A stretch of 58,448 nucleotides of DNA, the filler included, from Sphacelaria rigidula (Eukaryota), in NCBI GenBank assembly GCA_964200075.2. It is 8 parts of 8 records of this genome, joined end to end, with 100 filler letters (N's around TTAATTAATTAA, not from the genome) between each part and the next. Parts side by side here need not be neighbours in the genome. Positions count along the whole stretch, not along the records: positions 36,595 to 43,812 come from CAXNAA020015908.1; positions 43,913 to 51,130 come from CAXNAA020015909.1; 6 more parts are not named here. One strand, written 5' to 3'. Shown one piece after another: positions 36,955 through 48,644 of the stretch (the stretch's first letter is position 1; each line of letters opens with the position of its first letter). The position numbers and the translations under genes are program-made. A model generated the notes under the pieces. That model saw nothing but the letters and a program-made list of their open reading frames with translations. It did not search any database and had not been told where the DNA came from.

Positions 36955-39900
36955 CCTCCCTGCTTACGGCTCTAGGACTGATAATTTATCCTGAATACAC
37001 AGTGCCTCATTCTGAAAATGGGAAAATATTTGATGTTCTTTCGGACATGAATCCAACACTATATTATCAAGAACTGAGAAAGAAAACCCGACCCCGTCAG
37101 GAAAAAACCTTTCCAGCCACGCACAGACGACGCAAACTCGTCTAATTAAGCAATCGTTAGCTCAAATTCTGAATATAATCAGTTCTTCGTAACCTATCCA
37201 TGCTCCATTTCAACAATTATTTGCGTCAGTCAGCACAAAACAATTAGATATATGGATACCAATCTCAATCATCACCAGTTCCTAAATCTTCCTTGGAACA
37301 ACCAAAAATCACACTTGAGTGCACAGTGGACGTCTCTTCATACTCCTCAGCTACCATGATGACATCCAAGAAACACACGCAATCTTCCAATACTTGAATT
37401 TGTCAAAAACGCACTATTTTTATGGTAACAAGATGCTGTTGTCTAAGTGAAATTCGATTCAACATACCGTCTGCAACACGGTCTACATCGGGCAAGTGTC
37501 TACAGTCAACATGTTCAGTGACCGAGATGCCATTCCACTGAACAATAACATGACTCCTCGAAATAGTATGCAAAATAAACACTGCAAAATGAAAACTTGC
37601 AGTAGTGGTGTGTGTACCACTTCCCCTCGAGTTTGAGAACAAAATTCAAATCGAATCAATTCAAGTTCAAATCGCTGAAACTAGAGGTATGCTCGAATAC
37701 AAGAATATATAGATTTCCCATCTGTCCCAACATAAGAACACAAGACCTACTCCTGTTTGTACCACTCTGTATCCTAGAAAAACAACATTAGCCTCCCTGA
37801 TGTCGACCATCTATCAACTGCCCAGAATAGTTGATGTAACGCACATCAGTGAAAACTTGCAAGCTTGGATCTTTTCATGTCAGAACACGAAAAAATCTCT
37901 TTCGAACCTCGTTCACTTTATGGACCCTGGAGTACCCAGAAAAAATTTATGTACCAGTACACTCGTGCATTTCACAACGACTTGTACTGCTTATATCCTA
38001 TCAGGGAGAAACTCGGAACATAAAACCAAACTCTGTAAGCACTTAAAATATTGTAACCAAAAATTAGCGGTTGATCAGTCCACTTCATTTCGAATTACTG
38101 GTCTTTGATGCGAATTTCGCTCGTCATCCGGCCCAAATAATTTCCAAAATCGTCAAACTCACCGTCCAGCTCTTGGAATATATATTTTTTCACAAAAACA
38201 ATCAATCCCTGTACACCAAAGTCCAAGTGCATGCAAAGAAGTCAAACTAGGAGTTACTCTGCATTAACAGGACTATCACCCCAAATATATCAGGACGGAT
38301 ATTACTCCTTGAATAAACGCCACACCCTGGAGAGAACACAACATAAATTACTCCGTATTAACACGTCCCCCCCGATTCAATATAACATATTGATTTTCAG
38401 GGAGTATTGTTTCCAGGTATTACATGAAAACATAACATCGATGACCCCAGAGTCAATTCTCGTGAGTATACCGGTGCATAGTCAGTCCCGCATGTTGAAC
38501 GGCGGGTGGACTGTCAATTGTTTAGTGGTACCCAAGACTAAACAACGTTCCACTCTCGGAAGCATACTAGAGGTTGAATCCACGCCATGTTCTTTCCGTA
38601 ATTGAAAATGTCCAACCCGAAATCCAGAGCCGGCGAATCACTTCGTCAAAAATATTGTAGCGCGGATCGCAAAATATCAAACTCCCTTTCAAAATCCTTA
38701 ACTGACGAATCAAATTGTCCAAAATAATCCGCCTTGGATCAACCCATCACAACATCATTTTTTTTTTTAAAATATTACCCGAAAAGAGAACCATGGTATC
38801 AATTAGTCAAATCCCCCCCCATTATTTTCTTTCTCGATAATTTAAAAATCATTGCAATCATGTAAAGGACTGAGTTGAAAAAAATCATAGCCAAACTACG
38901 GTAGCACTTCGTAGGGCTTAGGGAACAAAAAGTAGAACAATCAAACAAAAAATTGCAACCATGGGACGTTTCACATGGTTGGCATGTCATGTTACTGTAA
39001 ACAACGAGACCAAAGTATTCCGAATCGAACCCAAACTCCCAAAGAAATCAAATGATAAAAACCTAAATGCCAAAGCGTGTTTGGTCCCTGCGCCCTGGCT
39101 TCTGCTTAGTCCCCCAAGCGGTTGCGTTGTCGTCGCCCAAGCCGCGGTCGTTGTTTCGGTTTGGTTCTTGCGGTGTCGCGGTTCGGGCTGCGTCATTGTT
39201 GTGCACATCCGCCTGGGTTCGAAAGCAGTTGCCTCGCCACGAAGATTGGCTCGCAGCACCGGGGGCAGGGCACGCGTGCAGTAGAAAATGGTCGCGAAAT
39301 AAGTCGTCCGTTGTATTCCATGCCAAAAAAATCGAAAAATATTCGAAAACATCGTACATGCGTCATATCGAATATGAAGTTCCTCCCCTACAAACCCATG
39401 CGGTTTTCCTCGCAACGCAACAAAAAATGAATTTTGTGAAGACTATTTCACAGTACTTTGTCGTGGGTACACAAAGCATCGCAGAAGGTGGAGTACTGAA
39501 AACAAACAAGGAAGAAAAACAATTCCTGTGTTGACCCTCCTTTCAGACTCCGGCTAGTGTGCCCACATATACCGAAAGATGTAAACTGGCATCCAGCATG
39601 GATGGGACGACAACTCACACACGCAGTAATACTATATTTTGCTGGCTCGCCAGAATTAAATCAACTCAAATGCACCCAATGTAAATCACACAAGCTCGTC
39701 AAGCTATACTAAACTGTGATGCAATAATTATTGATTAACCCGCGGGGGAAGCATGGAAATTTCGAATAATACAATTTTGCTCAACGTGTTTCCTCTACAT
39801 GTTTGTATGCGGGGAACCATGCACGCTCTACAAACAGTATATGCATAAGGCTTCCCAAAGTATACCTATGAATCCAAGATTGATCACGCCGGGGGGGGTA

Positions 39901-40854
39901 GGGGAGCATGCTCAACAAACAAATTGCACAAACGAAAATCAAAAGTAATGTCATTGGCCCGCATTGGCCCGCAGCGTCAGAAACGCAAACGTACCAACAT
40001 TGCAGCACATATGATACTTCGATTCTGCGCCAGTACACAGCAGACTGTATTGCAGTACGGTATGCAAGCAGTAATCAGCCTGGACTACAGTATACAAAAA
40101 ACAGTTGAACATGAGAGAATGCTACGTGGAATCACGCATTACACCACTTCGAAATTCCGTTTCTGCTTGCAATCGGCGTGCTCAACGTACTTCGTTAGCG
40201 CTCAATGTCTGAGAACACAAAATCAACCGCATCTCATACCACCAACCAATGTGGCCTTGCCCTCCTGTACCGCATATCACGATCAGTTGAAGTCCTGACT
40301 GTCAATCCATACAGTTTAGAACACAAGTGGTTGTGGACACAAGGCAACATGTTGAGTGCTTCACTGAATAGTTCTACGTTGGGTGCATGAGGTTGACTAC
40401 TGTGCTGCCGGTATAAACTACGGTAGATGACGGAATATAACACCCCTACACCACGAAATATGAAATCACAGGCATACCCTTGGGGCATACATGAATGAAA
40501 GATACTGCATACATGGGCAGGGCATAACAGTGATCGAAAAACAGGGGATAAAAGGGAAGGGCAGTATATTGCAAAAAAAAAACAATCCGACTGTAAGCCT
40601 GCAAAATGAATCTTCGACATGGTACACGTGACCAGACATCAATTTAGTGTGGCGCTGTATAACACCCCCAGTTCAACAGAAGAGCAAGGACATATGACAC
40701 TTTAAATAGCAAGAAAATACGCAAACCAACTCGCAAACTAGAATAGAATGACTACGTACCGATAACAAAACATTCTTGAAGTCATTCTACTCTTCGACCC
40801 TGGTGGTTCTATCAAGATTCGATGTTCAATCGAAGGAAAAAAATTAAAAGGAAA

Positions 40855-41217
40855 ACGTGCCTTTTGAGCACTGCGGCTCGTCTTGAGGTAGAAGCTGGAA
40901 AGCTGATGACGTTGTTATCCTGGACGTGGCTGTTCATTGGCGTTTGGATGCTAGAGTTGGTGACGCGCGTGTCGAGGTATATTGCCGTTGCCGATCTTCG
41001 GTACCGTTCTGCTCCAGTCAGCTCAAAAATACAAAATGAAGATGAATGCATGCCTTCGGGGCTCCTTCGCCCATCTGAGATAAAAGCTGAGAAGCTGACG
41101 ATTTTGTTGTCCTGGATACAGCTGCTCACTGGCGTTTGGATGCTAAAGTTGGTGACCCGCGTGTCAGGGGGTCTTTCCGCTGCCGATCTTCGGTACCGTA
41201 CTGTCCAGTTAGCTCTT
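40855..41217 (+). repeat. Tandem duplication with ~192-bp period
   Basis: TGGCGTTTGGATGCTA.AGTTGGTGAC.CGCGTGTC...GCCGATCTTCGGTACCGT occurs twice, 192 bp apart. Confidence 0.8.
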
Positions 41218-44200
41218 GTGGTGCTGCGATGCTGTCCGTTGATGTTGTGTTCCTTCTTGTTGTCTGCGGCGTATGCGCGTTTCGATGCCTCGTTGTTGAA
41301 AAACCCGTTTTAACTCTTGCTTTGAACAGAGATATTTTATACCATGTTTGACGTTTTAAGAGATCCTGAGGTCGCCTGAGCGAAGCGTAGCCCGGTCCCC
41401 TGGGGGACTAAGCCTACGACATGTAAATCCCTAGCGTCCCGTACATAAGCGCTGACCCAGATCATGCCAGCATAATAGGAAGCCTCATGCACCGGGTGCA
41501 TTGTCGCGGGAAGTTGTAGGCCCTGCCATGGCCAGTTGAGACCAGGTATCATTTATGTAATTAGTTCACCCATGTTTGCCCACTCACAGATAACACACAC
41601 ATACTGAACCAACACTGAATCAGAACGAACACTGAATCAAGTGGGGTAGTCATTCCTGGGGAAAACGCTCACACAAAATGACATGTCATAATCTCATCTC
41701 CTCGCCACGCAAGAAAGCGTGTGCCGCCCCAGCAGATATGCACTGCAACCACTACATCGGGTATACCTTAAATAACAGAATTATCTCTTATTCGTATTTC
41801 CCCTGTCGTATTTACCCTGTGTGTCATGATCCAGTCTCCATATCCATTTCCCTTGCATCCAGGTAGATGTACAGCTGCAATCCTTGAGCGGAAATATATT
41901 CGATTAGGGCTATCGTAGAAAGTGTCACATGACGCCCGTGAGGCAGTCTAGCCGAGCCTCCAGGGGAATCTTCACACGATCCCGCTTGCGGGGTGAGTGT
42001 TGGGTCAGGTTTCCTCCTTTCTTCAAGGAAAACAAAAAGTCCGTACAGTACGCCCAACTTACGTTTGATGTATGAGCGTGCCTTAGAAATATCCCCAATT
42101 TTTGGTGTCATGCTCGCTTCAATGCCGAGGGTTTGCTCGAGCAGAGGGAGTAACGCACTATTGTAGTCATTTTTGACGACACACGGCGAGCGTATCGTCA
42201 TATTCCACCGGTTTAACTGTATCTTGGGCGCACGCTCTCTCTGGCATGGATTACCGACTTAAGCCAGATCTCTCCGTGGAAAACGTGGACTTGAGCAAAA
42301 AGTCAGAGGTACCTTATACGGTGGTGCCTGTTTTTCTCGGCTACATAAAAGTAGCTTCAGTCGAGGAGACACGTTCAGTAGTAGAATGGCGAGAGCAAAA
42401 CTCGCGACATTTCAGCCAGAAACGGGTGTATTCACTCACCGCTTGCATCGCATTGCCTGTACCATGGCTATGGTCATCATTCATCTGCCTCTCGTTGAAT
42501 CCAACCCCAAACAGTGGACGGTACTCACTTGACTAAGAGCTACCGGTCGGTGTGCGCATTGCTGCATTATGGGCAGCAGAGCTCCTCGTACGGCATAGAT
42601 GTAATGCGGTGTTCCATCTCAACTTCACGTCTCCAGCCGCACCACTTCATCGCTACAAGACCACCATAGTCTCGGTCTCGGGTATGTTACCGTTCACCCG
42701 GCTGTTCATGTTCCTCATCAGCCCCGCCGAGAGGTGTGAGAATCAATCGCCAGAAATGGTATTCACGAAACTAGAACGGGCCCACCAATCAAGGATTCGC
42801 TAGTTTTCTTTTTTTCGCTACTCGGATCTTTGCTTTGTCAAGCAAGGGCCTGTCTTAGCACATGGGTTTTCGAACGAAAAACTTTGCGGTGGAGAACAAC
42901 AATCCTGATATGATAGGTCGTAATTTCAACCATCGCCGTTTATTTTGAAGATGGTTGGAATCATGACCTATCAGATCAGGATTTTTGTTTTCCACCGCAC
43001 AATTTCGATCGGAAACTAATGTGCTGAGACAGGCCCTAACAACCTGAGTGCGGCTGACTAAGAATATACAGTTCAAGCTGAATATCAGGCGCATGTTTGT
43101 CGCATGTGAGTCAGCGGACATTATCTTGGTTTTAGACTATGTAGTTCCTGAACCAGACGGTAGATGTGGGTTCGCAGCACCGCCATCTCTTGCTCCACAG
43201 AGCACGGCGAGCAAATACAATGTCATCCTTGGAAACCTCAACTCCTCATCTGTCCACCGTGCCCTACATCCATGCTCTTTCTTGATTCCGACAGCTGCAT
43301 ACACGGACTGGAAAGTGAGGTGTTTCGGGCATGCGAATCGCAGTTGCCGCTGAAGAGCACCACGCAGTGGAGCGAAATACTGCCCACAGTCGATCGAAAT
43401 ATAATCCGCTGTAGCGTAACATTTGCAAGTGGTTGGTGTCCAATCCTTGTGTGGGCAGAGTTTTGGGGCGATGTGCAATAGCGATGAAAGGTGGCCACGT
43501 GTGTTTTGTTATCATATTCGTTTTTGGAAACGTTTTTATTGATTTTTCGTATGTGTCCCACCGTACGATCAGTTAGTTGACTGGAGTGAATTATGGACTA
43601 TTTCGCGCAAAGCCTGCTTTGCTGCATTTATACACGACACACCTAGCTGTCCTAACGCAGAGACGTATTGCCGATGTCTGCTGCCCATTGTGGGCCGCGA
43701 CACTAAACTATTCCTTGAACACCGGCAGTCATGGAAACGCCATTGCTAAAGCTCACCCTTCATGCGACTCGCCGAACACACCACGGCGCTTCGCGCTTGG
43801 TGGTTTGAGTGCNNNNNNNNNNNNNNNNNNNNNNNNNNNNNNNNNNNNNNNNNNNNTTAATTAATTAANNNNNNNNNNNNNNNNNNNNNNNNNNNNNNNN
43901 NNNNNNNNNNNNCGGGATGCCCCGTCCCGAAAGGGATGCGAGGGCAATGGTCAAACGACCAAGGCAAACAACAAATGAGTACGCCCCCCCCCCCCCCTAC
44001 TCGTCCTTGTGAAAATTGATGAATCCCGACAGACACTTGCGTGCATTTTTTCCCTTTCACTTGGTAGAATCCACGTCTGGGTCTCAGATTGTTGGTCTCG
44101 TCCGGTGTGGAACCGTCACAAAAAAAATAATATCCTGACATTTGGAGGTTGAGAGTACTATGGTGACTGTTCGTACGACTCACGTACAGTTTGGTCTAGT

Positions 44201-46539
44201 GGCAGTACTCTCAATTCTGTCTACTGTTGCGCCTTGAAGAATTGACAAAGCTATGACGGCAAACGTTCAGACTCGAGGTCAGCGTTGTGCTCACCAGGAA
44301 AAGACCCATCAAGCACTGTAGCGAACAGTACAGTGACGGGTGTCGCAGCACCAAATGGTGATGTGATGCACAACGTAATGAACAACCCTGTACTGAATAC
44401 TGGATGGGAGCACTCGTTTACATGCTTTTTGGACTGCTGTGCTTTTTGTACCGTACTCTGAACAAAGCACGGCAATACATTCCGTGCCAAGAGGAATAGG
44501 GGGAGGCAATCTTGTTGGTGAACCAGTTGGAACACAACGGGCGGGTGAACATCCATTCCATCACTTTCACCTGACCCAGACCACATCTTCTTCGTACCAA
44601 CAACCATGTATATATAGAGAGAGATTCAGATCGCCCATCCTAGCATCATCCGTCCCAACTCATATCATGGCCAAACTACTGCACCAATCATTAGCCTGTG
44701 ACAAAATCAGTTTCCGTACCTCTGCCGACGTCCTCCTCGCAAAAATTAAGAACTAGGGGAGCTGTTGATCTTTCGATCGCTAGGGTGAGTCATCTGGGCC
44801 TTACAGTCATTTTCCAGGCGAACATGATGCCCGCTCCAACCTCCAACACATGTCTCACCCCGATGAGCAAAGGGTTAACTCTTTCAACACTCGCAGATTG
44901 ACATTTTTTCATGAAGTTAAGATCATGACGGTTCAATAGCTGTCCCCCCCCCCCCCCAATCCCTCGAAGGTGGACGGGATAACACGCATTATTATTTCAA
45001 AATCGAACTCGAAAAGAATAGGGAGCTGTGGTTGGTCCGCTTCCCTGAACCGCAATCATGCTGCATGTCCATTTTCCGCGTCCTACAGTACTTCGCAGTA
45101 TAATTGATGGGCCTCGACAAGGAGACTCATGTACATTATTGATGGGCCTCGACGCAGTGAGAGAATCAACGATGTATGCAACCAGAACAATTGTAGAGTT
45201 TTTCCGATTTCCAAGTGTGGAGTGTCGGCATGCACGATGGCGCGAAAACAGTCATTGCAACATGAGTTATTCACAAACCACGGCCAAAGCAAGCACATGG
45301 AGCACGGTTCGGTAAGAGCTACCGCGAGCGCTATCAAGCACTGCTAGGAGGGGCGGGTGTAAGACCTGTTGGTCAGGGTTCCAACCCCTCGACTGGCTAT
45401 GGAATGTCAGCAGTTGGTCGTTACGGGCCCGAATCTCGCGTCTCTGTCGGACTCAATTACAGCATCAAAGATTGAAATCGTTTCGATTGCTGTTTTAGGC
45501 AGGAGATCGAATCGCTGTTTTAGGTACGAGATACTTGGCTGTTGAGAGACGTCCTCGTCACACTGAGCAACACTCTGACTCGGGAAGATCGGCGTGAAAC
45601 GGGAAGATGAAAAAAAAGAAGATTCTGCGCGACTTTCCGTCTCTTGGGAAAGTGAACGATTGATGAATAGTTGCTCTCCCGCTGCCTGGATCAACTCCAT
45701 GAAAACTACCCTAATGCGGTGACCTGTCTGAGCTTCCAACAATGAAGCACCGCTTACGGACGCACATCTCTGATCCTGAACCCAACTTATACTGCTGACT
45801 AGATCTATAGGAATTTGCACTGGTTATGACGCCGAGCTCAACATCAGAGAAGGTGTGATTCGCTGCTACGTGTTCCCCGAGCCGACTGACTTTCAGTTCA
45901 AAGGTGGTGTACAAGCCGGCTAAGGGGTGCAACGGACAACGAAAGCACCAGCTTGAAAAATGAACGACAAGAATCAAACACGTACACACACACAAACACA
46001 CACAAGCGGAACAGGCAAATGGAGACAGAAAAGTGGCACCGCCATGAGAGTTACCTAGCGGTGCTGATTTGGACTCAAAGTACAGCACATACCTTGGAGG
46101 CTAGGTCATCGAGGTCGCAATCGATGTCTAATGCTGTCGGTCCCATCGAATCCGGGTCGCCCAAGGCGGGCTCAACGGAAACACCATCTATTCGTATAGG
46201 CGCCATCTTCCCTCTTCCTTACTTTGCTCTTATGGTCTCGCCACAAGCATAGGACGAACTATCTCTGTCCAGGCAAGAGTGAGAGCATGAACAGCGACGC
46301 TGTGACGTCGTCTGCTTGCAGGAATCCCGTGCCCAGACTACACAGCATGACTGTATTTATTCTACTCTTCCATATCACATTAGGTTATATTCTCAGACCC
46401 AATCTGTTCCTAAAATAGTAAGTATTTAGTATTTAGTCAAGATTTGGCATTTGACGCCTGGACGAAGGTTTCGCGAGATTTTATTGCCATGCAAACGTTC
46501 AAGTAAGTAAGCCAAGCACAGAGCGAACAAGTAAGTTGA

Positions 46540-46657
46540 CCCTTTTGGAACCCATTGACGACCTTCGTGTTTGTGAATCGGCATCATTTTCAGCCATTTT
46601 CAAGTCAAAATGATACCGATTCACGAAAACAAAAACTCGTCACTGGGTTCCAAAATG

Positions 46658-46688
<31 letters not shown>

Positions 46689-46876
46689 CCGATTCACGAA
46701 AATAAAAATCGTTAGTGGGTTGCAAAAGGATGCCGATTCACGAAAGAAAAAATCGTTACTGGGTTTCAAAAGATAAAATATGCCGATTCACGAAAAAAAC
46801 AGAAATCGTTATTGGGTTCCAGAAGGTAAATGATGCCGATTCACGACAAAAAAATCGTCAGTGTGTTCCAAAAGAT
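46540..46876. mobile_element. piggyBac-like MITE with internal (ATGCCGATTCACGAAAA...GGGTT) repeats and a (TA)n tract
   Basis: TTGA-CCCTTTTGGAACCCATTGACG ... CGTCAGTGTGTTCCAAAAG; five internal GCCGATTCACGA-type units; the same motif occurs in the 10158-10404 insert. Confidence 0.65.
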
Positions 46877-46941
46877 TTTGACTTGAATGTAATTAGCCAA
46901 AGAAATAGTCTCATGATCTGGGGTAGCATAATACGTTCATT

Positions 46942-47347
46942 TCTACTTGGCCTCGCCGGTCTAGTTGAAAAGCCGGGCGCCACCCCCTGAAGTCCGAATG
47001 CCCCCCTGCGGCACCGGATCTTCCGCGGTTAGCCATATGTACTCTCTTTCTTCTTGATAATTATGTATCATCCCTGTTTTGCTTGTATCGCCCTTGTGTT
47101 TTTTTTTCTTCTGTTTTTTCTCCCTTTCATACCTTATTATAGGTACTCGTAGTCAGCCTGTGACCACCGGAGGCGTCCGCATCAGATGCCCAGTACGAAT
47201 GTACCGCGCAGATTTCGGAACGGTTTTTAATGTGAAGACAACAACAACATCAGCAACAACGACATCAACAAGAAGAAAAAGAAGAATAATAAAAATAAGA
47301 ACAAGAACAAGAACAAGAACAAGAACAAGAGAAACAAGAACGAGAGC

Positions 47348-47413
<66 letters not shown>
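46942..47413 (+). mobile_element. 5'-truncated non-LTR retroposon 3' end with (CAA)n tail (RTE-like LINE or SINE)
   Basis: AGTTGAAAAGCCGGG.GCCACCCCCTGAAGTCCGAATG...CGGAACGGTTTTT.ATGTGAAGA(CAA)n shared with 51461-51766; short tandem-repeat tails are typical of the RTE clade. Confidence 0.65.
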
Positions 47414-47414
<1 letters not shown>

Positions 47415-47437
47415 CGACGGGGGGTAAAGCAGGATTG

Positions 47438-48004
47438 CAAGGTTGTGTTCTGTAGGGTACGGCTATATTCTATAGGGTATGAGATTCCTTACAAAACTTA
47501 CAGAAATATCGGATGCCGGTACGAATGTCTGAAAGAAATTACGCCACTGTCGGGTACAGGTATGAAAGTCTGACAGAAATCACAGAACTTGTCGGGTACG
47601 GTACAGGAGCCTTACAGAAAACTGTACCGACAATCGGGTATTTCTCTAGGGGCATACCCGCGCCCCCGGGTACCGGCATACACTATGTACAAATCTCACA
47701 GAACTGTCGGGCACGGGTATGGGAGGCGTACGGAACTCACAGAAACTGTCGGGCAGGGTATAAATGCTGCACAGAAAACCTTACCCGCAATCGCGGGTAT
47801 CTTATCAAGAGCATACCCGTGCCCCTAGCTGGTCACGGTACGGGTGGTTGGTTTAGAGGACTCAAAGAACTATCGGGTAAGGGTATGAAAGTCTTATAGG
47901 CTTGACAGAACTTTCGGCACAGGTATGGGAGTGTCGGGTACGGTAATCACCCGGGAAAATACCCCTGGTATACAGAAAACCGTACCCTACAGAACACAAC
48001 CTTG
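47438..48004. mobile_element. MITE with perfect 25-bp TIRs and internal CAGAACTGTCGGGTACGGGTAT subrepeats
   Basis: CAAGGTTGTGTTCTGTAGGGTACGG / CCGTACCCTACAGAACACAACCTTG; no TSD evident. Confidence 0.85.
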
Positions 48005-48514
48005 ACTTGGATTGGATTCATCGGGTGAACAACAACAACTATATTTGATAATTTCATTTCTCGATCCCGCAGTCGTCAAAATGGAATCGTCGATAGCCAC
48101 GCACAGCATGATGAGGCACTCATAGACCATGTTTTTTTTATGACGAATGGGTGTCAAAACGCATGTAGTATGTGATTGAATCATGTAAAATCGCAGAGGA
48201 GACATGCCGCTCCCCCCCTTATTTTCCGTAAAACAAACGCCACCCACCTGAGTAGGAGAGATAATAAATTGGATAATGAACTCTATTCGTCATCTTATAA
48301 TTCTATCATAACGAATAACATAACGTCCGCCTTGTCCCTCGGTCTGGTGAGCTGCAGTTGACCGAATACAGAAGCAACACAGGGCGCTGAACACGCTGAT
48401 TCTTCAACACAACCACAGCACCCGCACCTGAACACTCCCATCAATATAACAGGTATAGTCGCCCTTGATAGATAGGAACGGTAGCCTGTGCTCTTCTGCT
48501 GCTGGGTAATCATA

Positions 48515-48644
48515 ATGGCACCTATGACGATTGGGCGGCTGGGCGTGGCGGTTGTGGCGTGCGCATGCTGGGTATCCACCGGCGACGCGTTCTTCACGGG
48601 GGGTGCCCTGCCTTCGTCAGGGCTGACAGCAGACCGAGCTTCAG
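48515..48644 (+). CDS. Putative first exon of a plastid-targeted protein (function unknown)
   Basis: MAPMTIGRLGVAVVACACWVSTGDA|FFTGGALPSSGLTADRAS: hydrophobic signal peptide, A|F motif, Ser/Thr-rich stretch, ending at CAG|GTAAAG donor. Downstream exons not resolved. Confidence 0.5.

Noticed and set aside
36595..41907. Paired LTRs of an intact retrotransposon formed by the two 360-bp repeats
   Set aside because: No TG...CA end, PBS or PPT. The interior shows only faint minus-strand pol-like words (FLGYRV, RHLPDVDRVADG) among many stops, too weak to call; a high-copy dispersed repeat is simpler.
42560..43480. hAT C-terminal dimerisation-like words (ILDWW, WTDEELRFPRM) on the minus strand
   Set aside because: The fragments are short, non-contiguous and lack the TS..ER.FS motif.
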